Of a stretch of 64,000 bases of DNA, positions 26,782-38,612 are shown piece by piece (the first letter of the stretch is position 1; each line of letters opens with the position of its first letter). Source of the stretch: Zootoca vivipara (lineage: Eukaryota); assembly GCF_963506605.1 (NCBI RefSeq), contig NC_083278.1, positions 75,268,001 to 75,332,000 on the forward strand, written 5' to 3'. Under the pieces are notes generated by a model that did not search any database, was not told where the DNA came from, and saw nothing but the letters and a program-made list of their open reading frames with translations. The translations under genes were made by a program, and so were the position numbers.

Positions 26782-27764
26782 CTCTAGAAGATAACTTATG
26801 CAAATCCATGAATATAATTAAAGCTTCCCAGATGCTGCCAACTAACCATATTCCTGAGTAAAATAAAACACCTAGATGTGGCATTTCTAAGAGCAAATAA
26901 GTGGCTTCCTGAAGGTTCCTTAGTAGCAGTTAATTTTATGAATTTTGTTAATTAATATAACCTGTTTTATGTCTCTGAAATGTAACGTTCTCATGATATA
27001 TCTTAATGTAGCTGGAAATACCAACAATTCTGAAGCTATAGAAAATAAAATCCAGCTTTCATGTGTCCTTTATTCAGCTTGGATTTAGGTAATCAAACTT
27101 CTGTGTTCAGTGCTGCACAGCTGATTTGACTGCATTGTTACATAATCCTTATTTCATTATATATATATTTGCTAAACCAATTATGCATTATTTATGGCTG
27201 CCTGTCAGTGGTCATTGAATTCACAGAGAAAATGCATTGTAATTATTTTAGAAGCTGAAGTTTTATTATGCAAAAAATAAATAAAAATAAAAATTGATGT
27301 AACATTTTGGTTAAGTCCTTCACCCCCCCACCTTGAATTATGTCTTTTAAATTCAACATGTATCCAGTCACAAGACAATCTTGATTTTTAAGAGTAATGG
27401 ATAATTGAAGCTGCTGATTAATTTCCTAAACTATAACATATGCTTAGATTAATGATTTAAATACCTTATGAAGTTTTAGGTTATGCTTAACAAATTATAG
27501 TCCAACATTGTTATAGGGTACATTTTTAATTGGCTGTTCTGAGGACCATGACTTTATTCTTAAAGTGAAAATATTGCTGGTTTTACCCAAACAAATCCCA
27601 CCATACTGTACTATGATTTTTCCTTATTTGTTAGTAGTTCTTGCCAATGACAAACCGTTGCTAGTATGGTTGGAGGTGGTCGTGGGAGGAGTGACAGTGC
27701 CTGCCTGCAGTGCTCTCTGCAATTAGAAGGGCACCTGTCAACGAACTCTACATCTGTGTAACAC

Positions 27765-27994
27765 CAGGGGAGGCCAACTCCCAAGAGACTGTGATCTACT
27801 CACAGAGTTAAAAACTGGCAGTGATCTACCCCCTTTTTTGGAGTTCAGGTCAAAGTTGTTGAGTTTTTTTCAGGGAGGAGGTAAAATGTTGAGCTTTTTT
27901 TAGAGGATCCGCAGTTGTTCAGCTTCTTTGTGGGGAGCCAATGATCTGCCAGTGATCTACCGCAGACATCCAGTGATCCTGTTTGACATGCCTG
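27765..27994. mobile_element. hAT MITE; related copy at ~37993-38182
   Basis: CAGG termini; internal AAAACTGGCAGTGA and CAAAGTTGTTGAG shared with 37993-38182. Confidence 0.7.
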
Positions 27995-28247
27995 GTATAC
28001 ACCATTATTAATGTGAATTAGAGAAGGTAGCCGAAAATACTGAATGACATGTCTCTTTCAAAATTATTACAATTTCCATGGGCAGTATGATAGACTGCTG
28101 TGCTGCTCATGAACAGGGTTTTTAAGCTCCACCTTAAAATGGTACTAGATTCAGGTTGGTAGCCGTTTTGCTCTGACACAGTCAAAATAAATAAAAAAAT
28201 TAAGAAATTGTCCAATAGTACCTTAGAGACCAACTAAGTAGTTCTGG

Positions 28248-28285
28248 GTATAAGCTTTCTTGTGCATGCACACTTCTTCAGATAC
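28248..28285 (-). ncRNA. Minimal hammerhead ribozyme (C11.1 mutated to A at the base of stem II)
   Basis: Minus strand reads GUAU-CUGAAGA-A-GUGUGCAUGCACAA-GAAA-GCUU-AUAC. Confidence 0.85.
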
Positions 28286-28414
28286 ACTGAAACAGAAGTC
28301 ACCAGACCCTTATATATAATTCTCATATATATACAGTACCCTTATATATATTCTGAGAAATACCCCACCCCACCCTACCACTATATATAAGGGTCTGGTG
28401 ACTTCTGCTTCAGT

Positions 28415-28452
28415 GTATCTGAATAAGTGTGCATGCACACGAAAGCTTATAC
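28415..28452 (+). ncRNA. Minimal hammerhead ribozyme (G8 mutated to U)
   Basis: Plus strand reads GUAU-CUGAAUA-A-GUGUGCAUGCACAC-GAAA-GCUU-AUAC. Confidence 0.85.
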
Positions 28453-30025
28453 CCAGAACTACTTAGTTGGTCTCTACCTAAGGTGCTATTGGACAGTTTC
28501 TTAAAATGGTAGTTCCCCAGTCCTTCTGGGCATCCCCCAGAATAGTTATTTCCCCCTACATCTACTGTATATTTGGAAAGTGGTTTGTATATTTGCTACA
28601 TACCCTCCAATATTCCTTAGATTTATTTAATGGAATGCAGGAGAAGTCTAGAAAGCAGATTCTGAAAACTGGGAGATAGAATTGCCAAAATGGAGAGGTG
28701 CACACAGCCAGGAGCTGCAAAGCAAAGGAAGTTAAAATATTTGGCTACATGCCTGTAGTCTACATTTCAAAGTAGTAATGATGTGGTGGTGTGGTGATGA
28801 TGAAGCTTATAGACGTGAACAGCCAAACTGCTGTGGTTTCATGAAATGTTAATGAAAATTCTAGCAGGAAGCTGAATTCATGAACAATGGAATATCTGGA
28901 AACAAGCAGGCATCTGAGAGAGAAGTGTAAGGTCAATTTGCCTGGGGTGAGCCCTCACACAGGCCCTAGGGACAATAGGAGTTGTGTGGGCAGTGAAGGA
29001 AATGAACACTCTAAAGCTGAATCAGAAGAGGTCCCAGGAGATGGAAAGCCAAGGAACTTAATGCCTTGAGGCTTGTTGAATCTGCCACATTATTTTACTC
29101 ACTATTGAAGGAAGCTATGTTAGAGATAGGGCAAATGACAGATAGAGAGTGTGAAGGCTTAATAGACTTGGCAGAAAAGAAAATGGGGTTGAACATTATT
29201 GTGTCGGGAGTATAGCGCTATGAGATCTGATTAGAGAAAAGAGAAGTTGTAGCTGCATGGAGCAACTCGAGGAAACAGGTTTTTTTTTGTTTAATGCAAA
29301 AAAACCTTACACAAAAACACAATGTTTCTTCAGATTCTATAAGTACATGACAGATCCAAGTAAATCGAAATACAATATTGTGCAATGTTACAAAGTTCTA
29401 TTAAACCTGTCAAAAAATTTTGAACCAATGGAGACTATTCAAGGAGAAAATGTTAACAGTGAAGTATATATTTAGAGTCAAAATCTTAGCACTATTGAAG
29501 ATTTTAATAGAGGTTTGGAAGCCAAACTAGCTTGTGCAGAAGAATGTTCTCAAATTTGGTTAAAGATACATGATTAAAAAATGTCATGTACTAAAAGATG
29601 CTCTTATACTTCCATGGCCCGATAATTGAGCTAGCAACAGCAGTAACACTAATGTAAGTAAATAGCTGCATTTCTCAAAATGCTTTGGCAACTAGGTCAA
29701 AGGTTCGATCTGTGTGGCCTGTTAGTGTTTAGAATTAGTTTGTGTCAATATTTCCCCAGACGCTTCCAGACTGCAAGAACATGAAGCAGCTCCTCTTATT
29801 TTACTGACTTGCTGGTTATTTCCAAACATGCAATTTGGGAAAAACCATCAGCAAAATTAAATATATTTTTAATAACTGCAGTAAGTAATATGTAGGTCTT
29901 ATTATCTCAGTCTTGCTGTCGTTTCCTTCTTTATATAACGGGAACTGCTAAGGATTCGGGGTTTTTTTTAAGTAAGGGAGGGTGTTTTTGTTGTTAAAAA
30001 CAAATTACTGTGATGCAGTAGCAGT

Positions 30026-30114
30026 CATAGCTGCCAAGTTTTCCCTTTTCTCGCGAGGAAGCCTATTCAGCATAAGGGAAAATCCCTTAAAAAAGGGATA
30101 ACTTGGCAGCTATG
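30026..30114. mobile_element. 89-bp hAT MITE
   Basis: Perfect 15-bp TIR CATAGCTGCCAAGTT; perfect 8-bp TSD GTAGCAGT. Confidence 0.9.
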
Positions 30115-30437
30115 GTAGCAGTTGGTGTGTTAGCTGTCAATTTCTGATTCAGTGTAAAACTACTTTATCACATCGTTTGTTGTAATCTCAGACCTTTCTC
30201 ACACACAGTGCTTTTTCTGCACAGAAAACAATCCACACAGCATAAAGCTTAAAATCTGCATATATGGTAACATGTAAGAAATGTACCGGTATGTACACCG
30301 ACTGGAAAACAGTCACCAATCACAGTTTCCCAGTGTGGGTATAATTAAATTAAACACACACATTTATTAGCATTGATCACTTGGGGAGCAATCCTATGTA
30401 CAAGAAGCAAGCCCTTGTAAATTAGGATGGCATAAAG

Positions 30438-30672
30438 CAGGGGTCCCCAAAATAAGGCCCGGGGGCTGGATGCGGCCCAATCGCCTTCTAAATCTGGCCC
30501 GCGGATGTTTTTACATGGGTAGAATGTGTCCTTTTATTTAAAATGCATCTCTGGGTTATTTGTGGGGCATATAGGAATTCGTTCAATTTTTTTTTCAAAA
30601 TATAGTCCGGCCCCCCACAAGGTCTGAGGGACAGTGGACCGGCCTCCTGCTGAAAAAGTTTGCTGACCCCTG
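30438..30672 (-). mobile_element. hAT MITE family A
   Basis: CAGGGGTC TIRs; perfect 8-bp TSD GCATAAAG. Confidence 0.9.
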
Positions 30673-30809
30673 GCATAAAGGTACAACAGATCCAAAGCTT
30701 GTTCAACTGCTGCTCTACCTAAGCCAAGCAAAGGAAAACAAGCCTTTCAGTATTGTCCTACATCAGGTTGTCCGGTCACGCGTCGTGATCACACTGAATG
30801 GGCTTACGA

Positions 30810-30945
30810 CAGGCATCCTCAAACTGCGGCCCTCCAGATGTTTTGGCCTACAACTCCCATGATCCCTAGCTAACAGGACCAGTGATCAGGGAAGATGGGA
30901 AATGTAGTCCAAAACATCTGGAGGGCCGAAGTTTGGGGGTGCCTG
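30810..30945. mobile_element. hAT MITE family B (136 bp)
   Basis: TIR CAGGCATCCTCAAACT...CCCTCCAGATGTTTTGG; imperfect TSD GCTTACGA / GCTTGGGA. Confidence 0.88.
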
Positions 30946-32989
30946 GCTTGGGATCTAGTTAGCCTAATCTTCCTCTCCTGGTCCTGCCCTTAGAATGTCC
31001 CCCGGAATGCTGAGCCAGGATGAGCAAGTTATGCTGTCTTATCTTTGACTGAGCCAGGGTTCAGGGCAGTGTTAGACACTGAGATATGAAAGCTAGGAGC
31101 TAAATGGTACCTTAAACCTAGGTTATGGGTGCAACAATGGGTTGCTTAGGTGTGCTTTTTTTATAACAAGAATACAAAGGTGAAAATGAATGAACTGCAG
31201 CTAAAATATTATGTTCATTTTTCACATGGTCTAGTCCTTCCCCTGCCCACCCCCCTAATATTCTTAAGAGGGCCTCTTCTCCAGTCTTCAAAAAGTAGCT
31301 GGAGGCAGGGAGGCAGAAAAAGGGCCTCCTTTCCTTCCACTCTGCAGTTTTAATCTGAAATCTTAGGCGCAGAACTGCGCCCAAAGCTCAGAAACCGCTT
31401 GCACTAATGAAATTCCCTGTTGCAAAATGTGCCTGGAACAATGGGAGCTTCGAACACTGATTGGGGGACCAAGGAAGAACAGTACATAAGTCAAATCACA
31501 GGTTGCAAGGATCCACAGTTCCATGAGAGCTCAAAAGGCAAGACTAGCCACATATTTCCTATGCTTTCCTTCTGAAAGATGGGCCAGGCACAGCATTTAG
31601 TGCGCATTGGATTTACTCCCAGCTGCATCCCGTGAACAGGGAGACTCCTGTTTAACAGGCAGGTCCTTGGCTGGAGAAACTAAGGGAAGCATCTCTGGAA
31701 GGGAGTTAATGGGAGGCACTGCTGAGAGTTTGCCTGAGTCGTCTTTGGAGGGCAGATTTCCACCCGCTAACCCACTGGGACCCTCTCCAGGATCCAGCAT
31801 TTATTGGGGTTTGGAATCTATTACCCACATACCACTGGGACCCTTCTAACTCCCCAAGCTCCTCCTACACCTTCTTAGGGTCTCACTCCCCACTCCACGA
31901 CACCTCCATGGCATTTGTGACAATACACAAGTTTTGAGTTACGTGCTCAAACGTGACAGTTTTGAAACTAGTAGATGCAGCTGAGTAGAATATATATGAT
32001 ACACTGCAGTATTTTCCTTTGAAGTATTATAAAAATAGATGGCAAATTTTCTGCTCGTACATGATTAGAGTTTGAATTTAAGCCTGTACGTTATCATGTG
32101 GATTATAAATGTGTGCCAGTGAAATTTATAGTACTGTAATATATTTTGAAAGACTCCCTATTGTTTCAATATGTTGGACCGTTTTCCATTCCATGTCATT
32201 TATGAAAGCCACATTGTTTCTTCCAGGAAAGCAGACAACACATCAACCCAGATTCTCGGAAGATTTGTATTTCAGCATGTTCTTTTAATTTAAAGCAACT
32301 TTTGCACTTTTAAAATAGCATTCTCCAAATACTTCACTGTAGCACTAGTGAAGGTGGCCAGGTCAGGCAGTATTATCTGCAGTAATGATAACTCTAATGT
32401 TCCAAGTACGGTAATTTATGTGTGCATAAACAAATCACTCTATAATGTTATTAGATATACTGCAGTGACCTGGTTTGAATGCAATGCTAAAGCAAACGAT
32501 GACTTAGCATGAACGTATGAGTGTTTGAGTTCCCAAAGAGGAGGCTGTAGCTGCTTCGTTCCTTCTATGGCCCTGCTGCTGCAGTGCTGCTCTGAGCTAA
32601 GCCATGGATTGGCAGAGAGTGCCATCTGAATCTGAGCTTGTAGTTTGCTTCACTCCACACAAACCATGACCTGGAATTATGGTTTGTTCTATGGCTTACC
32701 GCTTGTGTTTTGTCTGGAGCAAACAAATTATGAATCTGGACTTGGATGACATTCTTAGAATCATAGAATTGTAGAGTTGGAAGGCACCCTGAGAGTCATC
32801 TAGTCCTTCCCACTGCAATGCAGGAATATGCAAATGACCCTTATGAGGATCAAACCCATGACATTGGCATTATCAGCACTACACTCTTAACCAACCAAGT
32901 CCATCAATATGTCCACACTGCAGCTACAGATTGTGAGGCTTGAATTGTATGGCCCATGTGTTTTTTTATATAGCATTGTCTCTCTACAG

Positions 32990-33125
32990 CAGGCATCCCC
33001 AAACTTCGGTCCTCCGGATGTTTTGGACTACAATTCCCATCTTCCCCGACCACTGGTCCTGTTAGCTAGGGATCATGGGAGTTGTAGGCCAAAACATCTG
33101 GAGGGCTGCAGTTTGGGAATTCCTG
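32990..33125. mobile_element. hAT MITE family B (136 bp)
   Basis: Same family in opposite orientation; perfect TSD CTCTACAG. Confidence 0.9.
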
Positions 33126-33434
33126 CTCTACAGTGCTACAAAGGTACCAGACCTGTATGTCTTATTTCCAGCATTCCTTGTGGGAAACGGCTTGTTCCTT
33201 TTTTGAACATCTGGATGATGAAAGAGAACTTGTTTAGGTATTCTAGCAGGAGATGGCTCTCATGGCCAAGCACCAAATCCACTAATCTGGGCATATGGAT
33301 GTTTGCAGTTGTTATTGCTATTTATATAATGCCCTTCATCCGAAGATCACAGAGTAGTTTACAATATAATTCTGAAGTAAAATAAAAAAAATTCCTTCAG
33401 TAGCACCTTAAAGACCAACTAAGTTTTTATTTTG

Positions 33435-33472
33435 GTATGTGCTTTCGTGTGCATGCACACTTCTTCAGATAC
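33435..33472 (-). ncRNA. Minimal type I hammerhead ribozyme in the PLE 3' region (U16.1 mutated to A)
   Basis: Minus strand reads GUAU-CUGAAGA-A-GUGUGCAUGCACAC-GAAA-GC-A-C-AUAC: CUGANGA and GAAA cores, palindromic stem II, GUAU/AUAC stem I. Confidence 0.85.
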
Positions 33473-33659
33473 AGTGAAATGGAAGTTTCCAGGCACTTAT
33501 GTAGAGAAGGGGTGGGGAGGGGTGGGGATGGGGAGGGGGGATCACTCAGAAGGGTGGTGGAAATGGGTGATTGACTGACTGATAGCTGTTGATGACCGCA
33601 AACGACTGCAAATGGTTTTGCATGAAAAAGCAAGGGTTGAGATGGCTGAAGATCGCTTA

Positions 33660-35066
33660 TCATGTATAATGAGATAAGAATCCGATATCTCTGTTCAAAC
33701 CAGGTCCCTCCATGGTTTTGAGCTTGGTGATAAGTTGCAATTCAGCAACTTCTCTTTCCAGTCTATTTCTGAAATTCTTTTGTAGTAAGACAGCTACTTT
33801 GAGATCTTGTATAGAATGTCCTGGGAGATTGAAGTGTTCTCCTACTGGTTTTTCTGTCTTCTGGTTCCTGATGTCAGATTTATGTCCATTTATCCTTTGG
33901 CGTAGGGTTTGGCCTGTTTGTCCAATATAGTGAGCTGAAGGGCACTGTTGGCATTTGATGGCATACACAATGTTAGAGGATGAGCAATTAAATAGTCCTG
34001 AGATGGTATGTTGGATATTGTTGGGGCCAGTAATGGTGTTGTCTGGGTGTATGTGGCAGCAAAGTTGGCATCTGGGTTTATTGCAGGCTCTGGTACCAGT
34101 GTCCATGTTAAGTCTGGTGGTTGTATTATTGTGGGTGAGGAGTTGTTTAAGATTGGGTGGCTGTCTGTAGGCAATGAAAGGTCTTCCTCCCAGAGCTTGA
34201 GAAAGGGAGCGGTCATTGTCCAGGAGAGGCTGTAGATCTCTGATGATGCGTTGTACTGTTTTAGCTTGGGAGCTGTATGTGATGACTAGTGGTGTTCTGT
34301 TATTTTCTTTTTTGGGTCTGTCTTGCAGCAGGTTCTCTCTAGGTATCTGTCTGGCTCTGTTGATCTGTTGTTTAACTTCATCAGGTGGATATTTTAGTTC
34401 TAAAAAGGTTTGCTGTAGATCTCTTAGGTGAGATTCTCTGTCTGTAGAGTTGGAACAGATGCGGTTGTAACGTAAGGCCTGGCTGTATACGATGGATTGT
34501 TTGGTATGTTTGGGATGGTAGCTAGAAGCATGTAGATATGTTTGTCGGTCAGTTGGTTTTCTGTATAAGGTGGTGTCTATATGTCCATCCTGTATTTTTA
34601 TAGTAGTGTCCAAAAAATTTATTTCTTGCATAGATTGGTTCATTGTTAGGTTGATGGTGGGGTGAAAGTCATTGAATGTCTGGTGGAAGGTTTCCAGGGT
34701 CTGTTGTCCATGTGTCCAGATAATAAAAATATCGTCAATGTATCGCAGGTACAGGAGAGGTTTGAGTGGGTAGGAGTTAAGGAAACGTTGTTCTAAATCT
34801 GCCATGAAGATGTTGGCATACTGTGGGGCCATGCGGGTGCCCATGGCTGTGCCGCTGATCTGGAGGAACAGGTCATCACCAAATTTGAAGTGGTTGTGGG
34901 TAAGGACAAAGTGGCAGAGTTTGGTAGCAAAGTCCGCTGTGGTTTTATCTGAAATGGTGTTCCTTATGGCTTGTAAACCATCATTGTGTGGGATGTTGGT
35001 ATATAGAGATTCCACATCCATAGTGGCTAGTATAGTATTGTTAGGAAGATTGTTCAAATATTGTAA
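33660..35066 (-). CDS. PLE reverse transcriptase / GIY-YIG endonuclease ORF (N-terminally truncated, no internal stops)
   Basis: RT motifs ATMDVESLYTNIP, QISGTAMGTRMAPQYAN and YLRYIDDIF. Cys/His linker CNKPRCQLCCH. GIY-YIG motif IVYAIKC...HYIGQT...R...H...E...N. The first ~12 codons of the predicted 480-aa ORF are probably flanking DNA. Confidence 0.93.
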   Translation of the reverse strand, partial: LQYLNNLPNNTILATMDVESLYTNIPHNDGLQAIRNTISDKTTADFATKLCHFVLTHNHFKFGDDLFLQISGTAMGTRMAPQYANIFMADLEQRFLNSYPLKPLLYLRYIDDIFIIWTHGQQTLETFHQTFNDFHPTINLTMNQSMQEINFLDTTIKIQDGHIDTTLYRKPTDRQTYLHASSYHPKHTKQSIVYSQALRYNRICSNSTDRESHLRDLQQTFLELKYPPDEVKQQINRARQIPRENLLQDRPKKENNRTPLVITYSSQAKTVQRIIRDLQPLLDNDRSLSQALGGRPFIAYRQPPNLKQLLTHNNTTTRLNMDTGTRACNKPRCQLCCHIHPDNTITGPNNIQHTISGLFNCSSSNIVYAIKCQQCPSAHYIGQTGQTLRQRINGHKSDIRNQKTEKPVGEHFNLPGHSIQDLKVAVLLQKNFRNRLEREVAELQLITKLKTMEGPGLNRDIGFLSHYT

Positions 35067-36704
35067 CAGGGATAAAGCATATGGTAAGGGTCTTTCTAAC
35101 ACCCCCTCTTAGGTAGATGTAGTTTTGACAGCTACTCGTGTGTGTGTGTGTGTGTGTGTGTGTGGCTAAACCAGCTTCAGAGTGAATCGGAGTCTGAGCA
35201 ACCCCACTCAGAATCACCAGGCTTGCTCTTGTATAAGCAATACCTCAAGCAGATACTGCAATTACTGTTCATATCTGACAGCTCAGCTTGATGATTATTT
35301 TTTTGGTCTTATAACTTCAAAAACACATCAGTAACAATATTAGTATGAGTCATTCCTAATGAAAATTTGATCAGTTGCATGAACATTTTTTTATTAGAAT
35401 CAATCAAGAGCACATACTTAATGCCACTGTCTGCTAAAAGCGATTTGACCTTGTTTCATAGTGACTTGGTACAATAGAGAATTTAAGATGGTAAGTGAGA
35501 AACAGCAATAATATGAGGCACATCCACAAACCTTTCCATCCACTTTTCAAGTATTGCTAAAGACTGTGGATTCATGGAAGTCACATCAAATTGAGGGTTA
35601 CGGTTATGATGGCAGATAAATGCATAGTCAGTTTTAACTCAGTTGCATGATTGAAGTAGAAGTGCTGTGCTGACTATGCAAAAGACGGTTTTGATACTAA
35701 GCTGCCAGTGTTGAGCACATTAATATTCTCTCAGGACTTCATTTCAATCTGGCAATGCCAGAATCAGGACAGCAAAGCTGAGATTAATGGCAAGACTTGG
35801 AGACTTTGTGCAATGTTGTTGCACATAGCCTATATTATCTCTGTGCTGTTGTGTAACCTTGTTCTTGATCAAAATGATAGTAATGATTTTATGCCTTAAC
35901 CACATGTCTTTATGTTTGACAAGCTCAGGGCTGCTATATACATAAAGGTTTTAATCTGTATTACAAATCTAAACCCTCTAATATCCTCTGTGTTCAGAAT
36001 TTAGTTTTCCATTTGTCTCAATATATTTAAATTAATTAAACTTTATTCCCTATGATCAGTTAAGCCATAGTATGTAAGTGCTCCCAGATAGAGCCTATTG
36101 CACAGCACCAACAATCTCTAAACAGATTAGTAAAATAAGTGCTGTGGGAACAGCCATTTCCAAATTAGGTAATAGAATCATAGAATAGTAGAGTTGGAAG
36201 GGATCCCGAGGGTCATCTAGTCCAACCCCCTGCAATGCAAGAATCTCAACTAGATCATACATGACAGATAGCCATCCAACCAACCTCTGCTTAAAAACCT
36301 CCAAGGGACCCATTGAGCTGGTCTACTCTTGGAGATTTAAAGGAATTCTGGATGCTCTGGGTGAACATTCCAGTTGCCATGACTTCTGCTTCTATGGAGG
36401 CTCTGGTCTTGCTTTAGAATTGTGAGATGGAAATAGTTACCAACATAATCACTCCCTAGTGTTTTGGTTTGCGGGAATAGTTAGATTTGGGAATTGGTTT
36501 TCGGCATGGACAATACTTTGCTACATTGCTGCTGATTTTCCTTTTGAATCATTCATGCTCTCAATGGAATGGGGAAAAACCCCTACTCTGGCATTTATTT
36601 TTGCTGTCCACGCTTGACCAGCGTGTATTTGGAAATGCATCCCAAATTTTTTGTAGCATAAGAGTTCTAACATTCTTCTTTTTTTTGTCTCTGTCCTTCA
36701 ATAG

Positions 36705-36824
36705 GATGATGAAGTGGTTCTGCAGTGCACTGCTACTGTTCACAAAGAACAACAGAAATTGTGCCTTGCCGCAGAAGGATTTGGCAACAGGCTCTGCTTC
36801 TTGGAATCCACTTCAAATTCAAAG
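36705..36824 (+). CDS. RYR2: Ryanodine receptor 2, coding exon 2 (120 nt, phase 0-0)
   Basis: Pyrimidine tract plus ATAG acceptor, AAG|GTACTG donor. Translates [40 protein letters not shown], the RyR2 N-terminal sequence. Confidence 0.98.
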
Positions 36825-38108
36825 GTACTGGAAACTGTCTTGTTCTAATGCAGTGTTGAACATTACCGACATAACAGATCTTTTCTTCTTGTTGAAATAA
36901 TGTCCTCTGTGATGCAGAGTAAGTGTTACAGCAGGCAGAGTTGAGTTGCATTCCAGCATGTTATGTTTTTCTTATATGATTCACAACATATTATACCCAG
37001 CAAAATAAACTTGATGCTAATATACATAATGACAAGCTAAATTCTGAACAACTTTTTATCATACAGAAACCTTTGAGGAAGACTGCGTGACCTTCTTCTC
37101 CTTCACCCTACAGCCCCTCCTCACTTCTCCAAAATCTACTCTGGACTCTCCAGAGCTAATTTTGAGGATGGAGGCTCGGCTGTAGGTGGAAGTTTGCTCA
37201 TGTGATGTTGATTTCAGCCCATGTATTACAGATTTTTTCTGTATTGTTATCCTGTTGATGGACATGTGGAGAAAATGCATGAATTAGATTAATTTGCCTT
37301 CTTTCCTTTTTTTTTTGGAGAATGCTAATTTAACTTTTCTAGTGCAAGGTGTTCAGTGTGGAGAGTGAGGTTAAATAAATAACATCTTATCCAAGTGATA
37401 TATGTCCTCTTCAAGTTTCATAGCATATTAACAGCTAACATGACAGCCATTGCCAGTCAGTTTGTACTAGTGTACTGATCAAATATCATTCTTCCTAAGT
37501 TTCGTGGGATTCATGATGCTTTACTGTGTGTCGGTCTGCAGACTGCAGGTACTTTTATATTGTAACCTGCCCTGTGATCCTCGGATGAAGGGCTGTTTAG
37601 AAATGCAATAAATAAGAGCAATAAGAACAATAAATACTTGTACCATGTCATGTGGACCACAGGAAGCAAGGCATCATGGAGATTTGTATGTCTTTAAATT
37701 GTCTGCAAAATCCTTTTCTGACTATTGTCCATCTCATTGGTGCTGACGTTACCCTCCAATCTTCACAAACTTTGCTTGAAGCAAGTGCCCCTACAAGAGG
37801 GTACCTATCCCCATGCTCTTGAGACAGTCGTAGGTGAAAATGGATCCAGGATCTACACAGCAGAGACTTATCAGAAATCACCTTTCCTCACATGGCTATC
37901 TTCATAATCTGTGCTATCAAATGGGAGTCTACCAGTCAAAGATTTTTGAAGAAAAACATTTTGGACCTAAAATATTTTGGGGTCCACTATAGCAGGGCTG
38001 TCCAACTTCCAAGGGACTGCGGTCTACAACCACTATAATAAAACTGGCAGTGAGATACCCATTGGATTGGCTCATCAAAGTTGTTGAGCTTTTTTTAGGG
38101 AAGCCATG

Positions 38109-38140
<32 letters not shown>

Positions 38141-38290
38141 ATCCCGCAATCGACCCATAGATCACGATCGATCTGTTGGACAGGAATCAGTTGTGGCAAG
38201 TAAAGGATTCAGTGAATTATGACAATTTAATTTGTTAAAAGGATGTAAGCAGCACTAGTTATCTGTGGACTGTTGTCCATTATTTATTTA

Positions 38291-38612
38291 AAACAAAATA
38301 AAAAAATTCCTCCCAGTAGCACCTTAAAGGTAAAGGGATCCCTGACCATTAGGTCCAATCGTGACCGACTCTGGGGTTGCGCGCTCATCTCGCGTTATTG
38401 GCCGAGGGAGCCGGCGTACAGCTTCCAGGTCATGTGGCCAGCATGACTAAGCCGCTTCTGGCGAACCAGAGCAGCACATGGAAACGCCATTTACCTTCAC
38501 CTTAGAGACCAACTAAGTTTGTCATTGGTATGAGCTTTTGTGTGCATGGAAGGAATTTTTTTATTTTGTTTTGACTATGTCAGACCAACACGGCTACTTA
38601 CCTGTAACTAGA
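38291..38612. mobile_element. Short inverted PLE pseudo-LTR derivative interrupted by a Sauria SINE, 12-bp TSD
   Basis: ATTATTTATTTA at 38279-38290 and 38613-38624. Half hammerhead at 38528-38548. The 3' end ...CGGCTACTTACCTGTAACTAG is homologous to the reverse complement of 28145-28185. Confidence 0.88.
38327..38497 (-). mobile_element. Sauria SINE, 5'-truncated, nested in the PLE derivative
   Basis: AAGGTAAAGGG tail and Sauria SINE body, flanked by CACCTTA direct repeats. Confidence 0.92.

Larger units (their letters stand above)
28145..28499. mobile_element. Non-coding PLE derivative: pseudo-LTR plus inverted copy, 12-bp TSD
   Basis: Inverted arms 28200-28318 and 28382-28504. CTTAAAATGGTA occurs at 28133-28144 and 28500-28511. 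Homologous to 33379-33480. Confidence 0.9.
33379..35066 (-). mobile_element. Penelope-like retroelement, 5'-truncated (Neptune-type linker), with a 3' pseudo-LTR/UTR containing a hammerhead
   Basis: RT + GIY-YIG ORF followed by a ~280-nt 3' region homologous to the elements at 28145 and 38291. Boundaries are approximate. Confidence 0.93.
1..36704 (+). other. RYR2: 3' part of the very large RYR2 intron 1 (exon 1 lies upstream of the window)
   Basis: I found no exon-1-like sequence (MADGGEGEDEIQFLRT-type) and no CpG island before exon 2; the region is AT-rich and repeat-rich. Confidence 0.85.

Noticed and set aside
35067-35102. N-terminus (MLERPLPYALSL) of the predicted 480-aa ORF
   Set aside because: It appears to be read-through into flanking DNA at the 5' truncation point. 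The RT N-terminal part is missing, so this is not a complete or domesticated gene.
33712-35112. Plus-strand and alternate-frame ORFs overlapping the PLE
   Set aside because: Shadow ORFs of the RT frame with no recognisable motifs.
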